Assembly (NCBI RefSeq): GCF_963921235.1
Contig: NC_086118.1
Location: 18,974,001-19,038,000 of the forward strand
From: Mobula hypostoma
Lineage: Eukaryota
Length of the DNA stretch: 64,000 nt
Direction: 5' to 3'
Position numbers and translations under genes: made by a program. Numbering within the stretch: the first letter of the stretch is position 1; each line of letters begins with the position of its first letter. The notes under the pieces were generated by a model. That model had not been told where the DNA came from and did no database searches. It worked only from the letters and a program-made list of their open reading frames with translations. Shown here one piece after another: positions 23,739 to 36,025 of the stretch.

Positions 23739-23974
23739 TGTTATATCTTGTAACTTCAAAACATTAAACTAATTCAAAGGAAGACCTAGGAGACCGGGAA
23801 TATGGTTCTAACTTCATGTTTACTTTAAGCAAGGTGCAGCATATCGTGTGGTAGCATGATGGTGTATGCAATCACATATTTATACACATAACCCGTAATG
23901 AATTATTTAAATGAACAAGAATGCTTAATCAAACACTATATTTATAATATTACTCAAATATTAAATAGGCAACA
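23739..23974 (-). repeat. 5' LTR
   Basis: TG...CA termini (tgttata...caaca). Homologous to 18258-18492 and flanked by TSD AATGT. Confidence 0.9.
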
Positions 23975-26069
23975 AATGTTTACTCCTATAGATTAATACA
24001 AGGGCTAAGACTATTAGCAAGTACCATCTCTAAGATATTCCTTACCAATATAAAATTGGCCTGCAAGTCCCGCAAAACTCAATCTTGTTGCTTTTCATCA
24101 GTGAGCTTCATCTGGGAATGCAGAGGCATTTATCCTCTAACAATTTTGTTACTTCCCCAAATACCCTCGCAAACATTTTCTAGAGGCCATGCTAAGAGTC
24201 TCCAAAAATTTCTTCTCAGCCAAGTTATCAATGGAATGTATTAATCATGATCCTTTCTAGAAAATTCTTTTCAGCCGTGTCAAGCAACTCATCCTTTAAT
24301 TTCACGAATCTAATTTTAATGACAATTTCCTCAATACTTTCTGACGTCCAAACAATAAAACTATACCACTCGCCTCTATATATGTGAACAGGGATTGCAA
24401 AAGCCATTCCCCACTTATTTGTTGGTCTTCAGCTGAATTCCACTAGAGCCAGCAGCACAGTCCTCTTTAACAGCCTTAATCCTAGCTAGTAATAACTTAG
24501 ATTGAAAGATTACATGCAACCTATCTCTGTTTACAATAAGTGCAAACGGTTCCCAGTACCTCAGTTCCCAATGCCTCAGACAAACAAAGTTAAAATCCTC
24601 GAATTGTGCTTGAATTATATTTGCACTGTGTAATTTTCAGCAACCTTAAAGAATGGTAAATACTAACAGGAGGTTCTATGATTGGATAAATGCACGTATT
24701 AAAGGAGCAAAGATTGTGTTATATGCCACATGGATAACTTTGCTATGATAAATCAACATCCTACAGAAGGAGCCCCATCTGCTTATAGGTTTAACTTGAG
24801 GCTTGTTCAGAGCTATATATTACTATTATATTTTCCCATTCTTATCAAATTTTCTCAAACCTACAATTGTTTTTCAACCTTCAATTACATTCCTCCTCCT
24901 TTTTATCCTTCTGTGCAACATTACGGATCAATATCTTGTGCAAATATACTGCTTGATTGTTCAAAAAAAACAAACCTCCCTGACATATGGAGTTATATGC
25001 AATATTGGTTGAAGAAAAAAACAATTCTCAGTGTGATACAAAACTTCAAACTCCATGAAGTATATAGAAAAGTTCATTAAAAATTTTAAATGTCTGAAAA
25101 TTTATATGTATTTTATGTTTAAATTAAAATGATTGATTTTTCATTTCTATTATTTAAAAAAAAGCAATATTGCTTGCTGTTGATGTCCCTCCGATATCAG
25201 GTGGGTTTTATAGTCTGGCAGTTTGATAGATGTCAATCTCCAAAATGAAGAATTGAAAACCAAAAATAAGTTGAACGGAGCTCAAAAGTTAACATTCCCT
25301 GTGCTGAGTTGGGTATGCTTCCCTTCAGTCTGGTGTGGCTGACAGTTAGTTCATCCAATGTCTTGAGTTATGGACATGGCTTTTCACAGATCAATGATTC
25401 TACAGAACCTGCTTAATCCAATTATAAAAAGCTATATTTACTCGTTACAAAATCAAACACCTAACTGAATAAAAACTAAATAATAAAACACATAAGGATA
25501 ACGCACTGTCATCTCAAAATAACTGATTGGCGCAGGGAATGGTTAGACAGGAATAAAGTGGGGAAAAAAATGAAAACCGAAAGAGTCAGTGGAAGGCGCG
25601 TTAGATGTACAGTTCTCACCACTGTGATTAAATGTCCTCATTTAATGCTTTGCGCCTTTCTATCTTTATAAATTCCTTGCAACCAAAAAAAAAAGCCTGT
25701 CCCTAACCCACTCTGAAGTTTCAGCGTTTGCTGTCTTTGTGGGATTATTTTGGGAGCTGCGGATTGGCCGGTCAGCATATCTGCTGCATGTCCCAAATGA
25801 AACAGATGAAGTATATAAAAAGGTTCCGAATCTCCAGTTCTTGCTTCAAGAAAGAAATGATGTGTGATGATGGGTAATCTGTGCTAAGAGTTAGTCAACT
25901 ATCATGCACTGCAGCTATGTCTTACTTAAAAGATATCTGATTTTTAACTTTTGCCATTTCTGATGAGAGGTTATGAACCTGAAATTCTGAAGTTCTAATT
26001 TATTTTCTCTTCATATGTGCTGCCTAACTTGCTGAGTATTTTCAACATTTTTTCCTTCTTATCTCTAAA

Positions 26070-27345
26070 TAAAAGGGGCTCTGGGAGAAACTCAGATACA
26101 ACAAAGCATTGGGACTGGATTGTCCTGAAGACGTGTGCTGAGCAGCCATGTGGAGTTCTCCAGTGCATTTCCAGTCTGAGTTGGAGCTTGGAAAGGGTCC
26201 CAGTACCCAAGAAGGGCCAAGCAAAAGTCTTGACTGGCTACCGTCCAGTGGCTCTGACCTCACACATCATGAAGACCCGAGAGAGGCTGGTCCTGGCTCA
26301 CCTCTGACCCCTGGTTAGATCAGCCCTCGATCCCCTGCAGTTTGCCAACCAGGGACACATTGGAGTCGAGGATGCTGTCACTGACCTGCTGAATAGTCTA
26401 CTACCATTCGGTTAAGCAGGGAAGCACTGTAAGGGTCATGCTTTTTGATTTCTCAGGTGCCTTCAATACCATACAGCCTCATTAATGGGGGAAAAGCTCC
26501 ATTCAATGCAGATTAGCACTTCCATTGTATCCTGGATAATGGACTACCTACAGGCAGACCACAGTTAGTGCAGCTTCAGAGCTGTATGTCAGAAATGACT
26601 ATAAGCAGCACTGGGACCCCACAGGGGACTGTATTGGCTCCATTCTTGTTTACTCTGTATACTCAGACTTTAGACACGACACTGAGTCATGTCATCTGCA
26701 GAAATTCTCTGATGACTCAGCAATAGCTGTGTGTATAAAGGGAGGAGAGAAGGATGAATACAGGGCCCTGGTGGAGGACTTTGTCAAATGGTGCAAGCTG
26801 AATCATCTGCAGTTCATCATCTGTAAGACAAAGGGGATGGTGATGGACTTTAGGAAGGCTAAGCCTGCACTGCTCCCTATTACTATTGATGGTGAGGATG
26901 CGAATGTGGTGAGGATCTACAAATACCTGAGGGTGCACCTGAATGACAGACTTGAGTGGAGTGCCAACACAGAGGCTGTGTAAAAGATGGGCCAGAGTCA
27001 CCTCTATTCCTTGAGGAGACTGAGGTCCTTTAGAGTATGTAGGCCTCTCCTTCACATGTTCTACCAGTCTGTTGTTGCCAGTACAATCTTCTATTTGGTG
27101 ATGTGCTGGGGCAATAGAATAAGACAACTGCACTGCTCCACAGAGCAAAGTAATTCTTACCTTTGGCTATTAGGTTCTATAATGAGTCAACTTATAGCTG
27201 AGGAAGTGATGATCCCTTCCTGTTAGACTGTTTGAGGTGACTTATTTTTTATTGTTTCTTACTTCTCTTTTAATATTTGTATATCTGTGCACTAGGAATG
27301 CTACTGTGACACTGTAATTTCCTCTGGGATCAATAAAGATCTATC
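26070..27345 (+). mobile_element. Rex1/Babar-type LINE RT fragment
   Basis: LKTCAEQPCGV, YRPVALTSHIMKT, LDPLQFA, PQGTVL, DEYRALVEDFV, LYSLRRLRSF, and a caataaag..tatct tail. Confidence 0.8.
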
Positions 27346-27598
27346 TAAATATGCATTTTCCCACAGACCTCATTAAGTAAGTTTTCCTTTGCACCTGTGT
27401 ATGCATGAACTTATGCACATGACAATAAACTGGACTTTGAATTCGTGGCTTTGAACAGAATGACTTTTTGAATTCTCTTTTCTTGGCACAGAGCATTTTT
27501 GCACTTATAGTTTCCCAACTGAGGCTCTGACAAATTAACAGAGATTGGGAATGGAACTGCAACTGTAGAGAGCTTCATAACTTAGCACAGTTACAGAA

Positions 27599-27830
27599 GT
27601 TGGACACGTGGCCAAGTGGTTAAGGTGTTCGTCTAGTGATCTGAAGGTCACTAGTTCAAGCCTCAGCTGTGGCAGCGTGTTTGTGCCCTTGAGCAAGGCA
27701 CTTAACCACACATTGCTCTAGTCTGTGCGAGGAGTGGCGCCCCACACAGACTTCCAATCTGTGCCTTGTAAGGCATGAAAATTCCCGACGCAGGCCTCTC
27801 ATGGTCTGAGTCGACGTTCCCTCCCCGCCA
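27599..27830 (+). mobile_element. tRNA-derived SINE
   Basis: Pol III A box (tggccaagtgg) and B box (gttcaagcc), followed by a cccttgagcaaggcactta core. Does not fold as a full tRNA. Confidence 0.75.
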
Positions 27831-28774
27831 TAAATTGAGTTACAGTCTTCCACAATTATTCCATACCATATAAAACTGATCTTTTCACCAGTTCTTTAGT
27901 GCCAAGTATCTATGCTTAAGTGTGACCTGCCAGTCACTTGTGCTAGAATATTGGCCTGGCTAATTGATGGTTAAAGGGTTGATAACTCTGAATAGCGAGT
28001 GTATTTTGTAGACGTTTCAGGCATTGGAATGACTTAGCAGTACTACTTCACAGAGCAGAGGCTCGATCAGGTTCCTTTGCTGGAAGCTCAAAGGACAGTA
28101 TGCTGCGTGGGGGTGACAGGAAACCCAAAGTTGATTAGCATGCAGATTTATTGATTTGGTTTGTACATTTATGTATTGGGCAATTTGTTCTAATTTTAAT
28201 TATCTGATTACTTCCCTCAACTCATATTCCACTTTGAGACTAACAATCCAGTCCACAGGGATCTTTAATAATTTCAGTGACCTTTACTCATTAAATTATT
28301 ACTGCGCTTCATTCAGTCCCTGCTTATCAACGTTCTCAACATCATTTTAATCTGTTGAATTTGCCATTATTCTGTAAATTAGATTTTCACATCGGAATCT
28401 ACCAAAATCAATAATTATACAATCATACAACTGATATTAAAAGGTCTTTACCACATCAAAAATATAAAATTATTTGTCAAGCCTGCCATAAGCATTTTGT
28501 TCAGCATGATTCTTTGCATTAGAATTGACAAGTGTATAGAAATACACATATTCTGAGGGTTAGTTAGTTGGTAGCTACACAGCAATGATCTGAAATGTTA
28601 ACTATTTCTTTTTATAGATGTTGCCTGATTTACTGAGCACCACTCCCCACTCCCCACCAATATTTTAGTGCACCTGCAGATGACATATAAATGGGAGGTA
28701 TTGGAGGTGAGGAAAGTTGTTAGCAGGAAATAATGCAATAAATGTTCGGGCAACGAGCTATGAGAATGAACAGA

Positions 28775-29370
28775 GACACCTCCAGATGCAAGCCCACCAT
28801 TTCCTAAAAATGGTAACACAGAACAATAGGGTGGTGAAGAAAGCATAAGGGATGTGTGCGGCCATAGACCAGAGCGTAGAGTATAACAGTTGCGATGTTA
28901 TGAACACTTCTGAGTCCAAAAATGAAGGTTTGAGTGTACTTCTAATCACCAAACAATAGAACGAATGTGGTTGTGCTGGAGAGAGTGCAGAGAAGGTTTG
29001 CAGAACGTTGCCTGAATCAGAGGACGATAGCAATGTGGAGAGATTGGACAGACTGGGATTGTTTTCCCTGGAATTTAGAAGGCTCAGATGACTGGACAGA
29101 AAGGTATAAGATTATGAGAGGCATAGATAGATGGGATAGTGAGAATCTTTCCTTCTCATGATAAGAGCATCAAAAAGAAGAGTGCATTGCCTTATTGAGA
29201 GAATGGAGTTCTAAAGGGGATCTGAGGAATATGTTTCATGATACAGAAAGCGGTCAGTATCTCAAACAGGGTGCCAGCAGAGCTAGTGACAGTATTCGTG
29301 TTGTTAAACAAAAAGATCGATATGATCATGGCGGATCAAATTGCCCATTTCTGTGCTCTATGACTGCTGT
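28775..29370 (+). mobile_element. Old CR1 3' fragment
   Basis: [19 protein letters not shown] remnants. Confidence 0.65.
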
Positions 29371-30692
29371 CTGCCTCGAACTGAACAAACATTTTCTTAA
29401 TCATTGAAGCTATGTGCACTACACTGACAGTGAACCAATGCAGTTGTCATTATATATTGTATTCAGTAAGAATAGTTCACACTGTTAGAATTTTATGCAT
29501 CCATTTTACACCACACTGGCAGTATACAATGCTCATTAAAGCTTCACTTGAAGTTATTTTAGTAATTTGCATGCTTTGTGCATTGTACACCATATCAACA
29601 ATTTGCCTGGATTTGCAATGCTTTAGGTTTTGTAGACCATTTTGACCTTGGACCAGAAAACCAAATGCTTCCTGACTATGTACTATGAATCTTAGTACTT
29701 CGGATATTGTTTATCAATCTAATAGTTCGCAATGATTCTTTGGGCACTTTATACTTCTCTATGTATGAATCAATTTTCCAAACATTGAGGAGTTACTTGT
29801 TACACTGAAAGTAAATCAAGATTCCTACAATTTCTGAAATCATGCATTGCCTTGACAGTAGATCAAAAATGTGAGTCCTTTTGCAATGGCATTCTAGAGC
29901 CTACCAAATGTTCTGATCTTTTATAGCATTGTACAGAGCACTAAAGAGTATATTAGGACAATTCATGCATTGAATGTTGTATACTATGCTGTCAATAAAC
30001 ATGGATTTCCAATGTACTGGACACTACCGCATACTGCACTGACTGCACAGTATGATTTCCAATGGCTTAGGCACCGTACCTACACTGGCAGCATGCTTGG
30101 TTATGTTATGCATCTATCATTTAGATAATACAGAAGAAGGATGAGTGGTTCAATTTAGAAATTAATTTTATATACAATAAAATAGAACTTCATAATTTAA
30201 GACTGTCACACCTCATACACCATTTTTTTCTAATTTATTTTAAAAATACTCACTTATCTCATTACAGAAAATCTACCAGACATGCATAGAAATAAGAAGC
30301 TCTTGAAGTAATTTATTAAGTATGGCTTTTAATTGAAAATATTTTGAACTTAACTGAAAAATCTAGCATCCATGCTTAAAGATTATTGAGTGAATGCTCC
30401 CATTGACAACATTCCTAGAACTGATCAATTGACATATTATTTTTAAATATCATCTTTAATAAATAAAGCCCTTACACACATATGAATACGCTTTGCAGGA
30501 ATTCATTGAAAACATGAGGCGATGCCTACTGTTTTGTGAGATGGTTGGTTGCTGCAATATCCATTTAATTCATTTTTGCCCCACACTTTGGTTACGCAAA
30601 ATACTTACAATCCACTGGTACAAAGATGTTGTCTTCTTACATGCAAATCAAGGAATGGCTGATAGTAAGATATAAAGCATTAATGAAAGCAA

Positions 30693-30885
30693 GAATACAA
30701 GAGATTCTGCAGATGTTGGAAATCTTGAGCAACATTCTGGAGGAACTCAGCAAAGTCGGGCAGAATCTACAGAGGGGTTGAAAGTGTCCAGTTTAAGGGT
30801 CTCTACACAAAGCTTTGACTGTTTATTCTTCTCCATAGATGCTCCTTGATTTGCTGATTTCCTTCAGAATTTTGTGCCTTGCTCA
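30693..30885. repeat. Penelope-derived palindromic short repeat
   Basis: ctgcagatgttggaaatc..ctggaggaactcagc arm plus an inverted gctgatttccttcag arm. Confidence 0.6.
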
Positions 30886-32742
30886 ATGAAACCAACAGTC
30901 TTTAATCGTACCGTAACTCAGAGAGCAAAACTCAAACACATTGTAATTGTAACATAATTCTATGATGCAATTACCGCTTCATATCTCTGCTAGCATACTC
31001 CATTCATTATGAAAATACAAGATTATTACAGCTGGTGTCATTTGACTTCTCACACTTTCTCCATCTTCAGCTGCTGATGTGTGAAGTTTGTGAATGTTGG
31101 AAAAATAAATGGAAGAATGGCAATCAGCCCAGAGATAATGATGATGTGATTAATAGTTATACAACAACTCTTAGTTTTGAGCCAGAGCTTGTGAAGTGTG
31201 TCATTACACATAGCAGCCATAAGTTATTCTTCTGCCAGCACCTTGCAAAAAAAAATAGTTTTTGAGTGTGCTTGATTGAGCAGGTATCTGTTATTTTGAT
31301 GTCGGTTAAATGGGAAGAGGAGTATCAGATTTTGATTTCCTGCATTGAAAATATTGAACCATAAGATTGTCCATTATACTGCTTGTAGCTTTGTAAAAGG
31401 GCTCAAGATAAGCTTAGAGTAGTACACAGTCCATGTAGGGATTCAATATACCAAAGGCAAGCACACATCTCTGCCCAATGTGCTCAGTAGATTTAACAAA
31501 GGTGCACATCTGATATCATCAATGACAATGTGGTAATGTGGAATTAACTCCACAGTACAAGCAGATATTTGTGCAGTAAGTTTTATATCAGAAAATGGGC
31601 AGATGAAATTAAAAGCAATGCAAAAGAAATAAAGGTCCCTTTACACAATAACTGCACACTGTTCAATGTACAGGATGTTCTCTGATACTGTATAATTTGA
31701 AAGATAGAAAACCAAAAAATGTATTGTTATTTTACATAGAAAATCTCCATCAGGAGTAATAATAATAGACATATTATTGCCTGCACAGTTTCATGTTGCT
31801 TTCTAAAGGAATAATTCTCTTTTGTAACTGAGAAGAAATTACAAAAATATAGAAAAAAATCTATCACTTTGAAAGTGGATGCTGATGATCCCAAACTTTA
31901 CCTTTAGTTTTGGGCTTTAACCGTCACCCATGATTCTAAGCAATAAGATTTGCTTGAACAGCTGATAATTTAGGTAATATGCCAAGAGTCAACACAAGAC
32001 AGTGTCTGTCCTTTTTTTCTGAATGTTACTTAATTTTCACATAGAACTAAGCATTATGCTGCAATTCTTTTACAAATGCCCATTTCCAGACCTTACCACT
32101 TTTTAATGGCAGAGATAATTTTAATCTAAGGTTTATTCTAAATAAGCTTCATTTATATAACGAGATCCCAATGTCAATATATTCTACCATACTCAGTAAC
32201 ATACTACAGATCCAATTTACTGGCTATATACTACAAAACCAATTTCAAACTGGATCTGTTGACAAGTGAATTGAAAAAAATCACTTGGTCACCTTTTTAA
32301 CAATATTTCAAATAATTTTTAAAATTCTTCTCCCAGCACTTTAAAATAAATTGGTGGATACCTTGTTTGATTGTAGTGCAGAATTTTGATTTTTTGCGCT
32401 GTGCCTCTTCAATTTGGGTTAGAAAACTTGTTATCTGTAACCCACCGCTCCAAAATCTAAATTCGTTCCTAGAGGTCTCTCAAACTTTGTCTCACTTGAG
32501 GTACTTTTTGTTATTCCATATCAATATCTAGGCTGAGAGATGATATTCCAGACTTTTCCTGAGGTCATCACCCATATTCCTTTTGCATTCTTTGTCAGTT
32601 TTATGCTTTATTTTCCTCTATATTAATGACATTAACACATCTCCGTGATAAGTTTATAATGATGGCGATGTTCCTTTGAGAATCTTTGACGAAGAAGTTA
32701 TAATGAAGAACTACCTGGAATTTGTGGACGTTTGGAAGACAC

Positions 32743-32743
<1 letters not shown>

Positions 32744-32780
<37 letters not shown>
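32744..32780. repeat. (AC)n microsatellite, ~18 units
   Basis: Read directly from the sequence. Confidence 0.97.
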
Positions 32781-32783
<3 letters not shown>

Positions 32784-32814
32784 TCTCAATCAAAAACCAA
32801 AAGCGTGATCTTAC

Positions 32815-33374
32815 CTAGACACGTTCATTTCACGAGGAGGTCGGGTCGCTTTATCGTATGCAACTTTGGCAAAAACACCAGCAATAATTACAAAGGCGAC
32901 TACCCCGCAGCTGATGTACACCGTGCTGTTGGTCTTGTCCTTGCTGGGATCGTACACGTTCTCCAGTTCGTCCCGATCTGGGTCGGTGGTGACTTGGATT
33001 TCCACTTTGGGTGTCACGTAGTTTTTGCAGCTGTTTTGCTCCAGGCGGTAGTTTTTGTCTTGGCAGCAGTAGCGCATGTAGCAGGTTCCGCAGCAGTAAT
33101 TGTAGGAAGTCCTGTTGCATTCGAAATCGGGGTCCCACTGACCCGCCACGTCGTAATGACCCCGGCATTTCTCGGAGTGCTGCAGTACCAAAGGCTTCAT
33201 CCTGTTGATCTGGAGAACCGGCACCACCACGGTGGTGTTGATCTGTTGCACCTTGGAAGTGTAGCCCCCTTGACGCCGGGGAGAGGCCAGCGTCCTGTTG
33301 TTGCGGGTCCTCCCTGTGCAGAGCAGCAAGTTCAGTGGGTCCATGTAGACGAGGAAGAGAAGCAGGTGCTGCAT
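32815..33374 (-). CDS. SHISA6: Shisa family member 6 (CKAMP52-like AMPA receptor auxiliary subunit), first coding exon
   Basis: ATG at 33374 (GCGATGC). Signal peptide MQHLLLFLVYMDPLNLLLC, then NRTL, an 8-Cys Shisa domain (CRGHYDVAGQWDPDFEC..CCGTC..CC..C), YDPSKDKTNSTVYISCGVVAFVIIAGVFAK (TM) and VAYDKATRPPREMNVSR, matching SHISA6 as I recall it. Ends at a phase-2 donor AG|GTAAGA at 32815/32814. Confidence 0.9.
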
Positions 33375-33429
33375 CGCCTTGCTGCTGTCTTCGCGGTCCT
33401 CTCTCCAGCGATCTCTCCCCGAGCACAAA

Positions 33430-33513
33430 CTAGCTCCTCCTGCCCTGCTTCCCGATCCCGCCGCTAACGATCAGCTCCCACATGCTCGTGACCCATGAGC
33501 TCGCCAGAAGCAT
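33430..33513 (-). other. Upstream ORFs in the SHISA6 leader (27 aa at 33513-33430; 10 aa at 33496-33464)
   Basis: Manual translation gives MLLASSWVTSMWELIVSGGIGKQGRRS* and MGHEHVGADR*. Both are out of frame and stop before the main ATG. Confidence 0.5.
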
Positions 33514-33621
33514 CTCTTTCAATCCGCCGAGGAAACAAACGGCTTGAGGTATCTATTTTAATAGATATACACAGTATAAATCAAACAGGAGCGCTCTCCA
33601 CTGCGGCAAACTGGGTAATCT

Positions 33622-34240
33622 CTACCCACGGAGGAGAAGAAAACAAAAAAAAAAGTCTTATTTTTAATAAAGAGAATCAGGATGGGCTTGTACTAAATCC
33701 CAGTACCCGACCGCGGTCGAAAATTCCTTAGGTTCCACCGAGATGTGGAAGTTTTCGAGAGCATTTTTTTCTGTCTCTCTCAGAACATCAGATCTTGGGA
33801 GAGATATGATCTGTTTCCACTACCCCGGGTTGGTATTATTGATATATAGGAGCAAGGCTGTGGGTTAGGGGTGGCGGGGAGTGGGAGGGGTTCAGAAGGG
33901 GGGCAGCAATAAGATTTTTTTATGCCTGATACAGCAGTGTCTGATGGAGAGAGATCGCTATCTACATACTAAATATCACAAAAACGGCGCGGCGCACCCA
34001 AGCCTCGCAGGAGAGCATGCATTACATACTAGCAAAATACCGTTTCTCTGAGACGAGGACCAGCAAACAGAACGGCAACAACTGCTCCGGATCATTTAAA
34101 GAGGGGAGACGGGAACCCGTTTATTTGATTTACATCCCCGCTGGCTGAGCGAGTACTGGGCTGCGCTGGGATCTGCCGCGAATTGGTATTAAGTGCAGCG
34201 GCGAATACTCCTGTAATTAAATAAAAATGCCAACACTTAC
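33622..34240 (-). other. Putative 5'-UTR intron of SHISA6
   Basis: Donor CG|GTAAGT at 34241/34240 (alternative AC|GTGAGT at 34283/34282). Acceptor cttttttttttgttttcttctcctccgtgggtag| at 33622. Confidence 0.55.
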
Positions 34241-34304
34241 CGCGGTGCGCGGTTCGCTCCGGTCGCTCCTGATGGTACTCACGTTGGCACCGAGATGAGA
34301 AAAC

Positions 34305-34329
34305 GAGAGAGAGAGAGAGAGAGAGAGAG
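34305..34329. repeat. (GA)n microsatellite
   Basis: Read directly from the sequence. Confidence 0.95.
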
Positions 34330-34430
34330 TGAGTGAAGCTGAGCGCCGATCCCACTCCGCCTCCTCCACCACCACCACCCCAGCAGTCCAACCCACGCAC
34401 TACTCCCCCCAATCAACCAACGTCACTGCA
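34330..34430 (-). promoter_or_regulatory. Candidate TATA-less SHISA6 core promoter
   Basis: CRE-like TGACGT (34420-34425), CCAAT (34409-34413), EGR-like GCGTGGG (34392-34398), GC-box GAGGCGGAG (34355-34363) and Inr-like TTCACTC (~34331-34337), just upstream of the candidate leader exon. Confidence 0.45.
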
Positions 34431-35829
34431 TCAGACCCTGCCTTCTACTTAGAGATCATTTCCAAAAACAGAGGGGAAGATTCAGGGAGCGAGAGAGAGA
34501 GGAAAAAAAAACAACTGCTGAACGCATCTGGGATGCCGTCCCCCCAGTATATCTGCCACATGTGGAGATATATGTGGAGGCTGGCACAGCCGGTTATTCA
34601 GAATGGGTACTTCTGGAGCTGGCGTTGAGTTTAAGCGCCTGTTTGCATCTAATCAATAACTAAACAAGCTTAAGTCGATCCTTGGTCGATCAAGCTCTTA
34701 TCTAATGAAGTCTCTGTCTGGTGAGGAACTGGTCGGGGCTAATGGAACACTTTGTAAAGAGGCCACGTTCTCATCTGACAGTATCCAATCCCCAAAGCAA
34801 AACTTTATTACAGGGATTTGGAATTGATGTTGAACTATTAGAAACTGAAGCAAATAATTAAAGCGGTCTATCAACTTCATTCATGGGCTTGAATTTTGGC
34901 TTCTCGCCATAAGTCTGAGAAAGTGGATTCGTTATCAACCTGAGGAGATGGGTGAGCGAACTCTACTTGAGAATTGGGGCAGTGGGGGTTTCAGAAATTT
35001 CCCAATGCACACATCCACATTAGCGTGAAGCTCAAAGAGCGTTTTCAAAACCCATTGGCAATTTTGGGAGAATGAAAGCAAACATCAGATTGCAGGGTAC
35101 GTGGCGATCACGTATTAACCAGTGATACACTCTGGTTAACGTTTATATTGCAAATCATGTCCCTTTTTCTTCCTTGTATATTAAATAAGCCAAGTAACTC
35201 GTGGGCAAAGGGGATCAAACCGCGCAGAACCTTCTTGCCATCTCACTGCAAAAGCTTATTGGACCCAATTCTTCAGCCGATCGCCTCTGCGATAGCAGTT
35301 GACAAATACTAGCTCGCAGCTAGTCACGGTTAGGTTTGGCAAGGAGTCACTCATCTCCTGCAGCTGTTGGAGCGAGCAATTCTATTCCTTGCAACTTGAC
35401 GAGTGAGTGTATATCTTAGCTACTAAGCATTCTAAATGGTGACCGTATTTTCGACAAGGTAGAACGGGGAGGGGGGAGGGGAAGGAGGAGGAATTGTTGA
35501 GATCGCTATTTCTAGCAACATGGTAAAATATCAATGGAAAATGTAAATACAGAGAAGCCGGTAAAGATAGCAGGCATCGGGGGGAAAAAATGTCATGAGT
35601 ACTTATCCCAAAAATCGGGTACCATAGCGGCAGTCCATATATCTCGTAACTACTAGGATTTCCCCCGCGCTGTTCCGGTTTACTCTCCCATTCCAAAGAC
35701 GCGCAGATTTGCATGAGGTAATGGCAAAACAAACTCAAGGAGGAAACTGAAAAAGGACACGTTTTCGAGGTATTGGGAATAGGGGAACTGGGGTGCGACT
35801 GGTGTCTTTGCTCCAGTGAAGATATAAAA

Positions 35830-36025
35830 AAACACTGCAGATGTCGGAAATCTGAAATAAAAACAGAAAATGCTGCAAACACTCGGTAGTTGAAGCAGAT
35901 TTGTGGAAGGAGAAAAAGAGTTGACATTTCGCCTCGAAGACTCGTTTATGACAGAAAGATGAACTCTGTCCCCCTTTCACAGATGCTTCTCTCCGGTGGA
36001 AGTTTACAGCATTTTCTGTTTTTCA
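35830..36025. repeat. Old Penelope-related palindromic short repeat
   Basis: ctgcagatgtcggaaatctgaaataaaaacagaaaatgctg with an inverted cagcattttctgttttt arm. Confidence 0.6.

Larger units (their letters stand above)
18258..23974 (-). mobile_element. Non-autonomous Gypsy/Ty3-type LTR retrotransposon (gag-protease, no RT/RNase H/integrase) carrying an RBM25 fragment
   Basis: Direct-repeat LTRs at 18258-18492 and 23739-23974, both starting TGTTA. Perfect 5-bp TSD AATGT at 18253-18257 and 23975-23979. PPT at 18493-18506 and a degenerate PBS-like segment at ~23727-23738. Gag, CCHC, protease and pol-tail peptides on the minus strand. Confidence 0.9.

Noticed and set aside
27599..27675. Possible tRNA gene
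   Set aside because: A and B boxes are present, but there is no acceptor stem or terminator and it continues into a SINE body.
33375..33428. N-terminal extension MCSGRDRWRE.. in the ORF track
   Set aside because: It starts at a TTG. The ATG at 33374 directly precedes the signal peptide.
32676..33467. 263-aa plus-strand ORF, and the 191-aa minus ORF at 32851-33426
   Set aside because: Shadow frames of the GC-rich SHISA6 exon. No ATG start or recognisable domain, and the plus ORF runs through the (CA)n repeat.
35382..35927. 181-aa minus ORF upstream of SHISA6
   Set aside because: Starts within a repeat, has no domain or splice support, and is likely a chance ORF.
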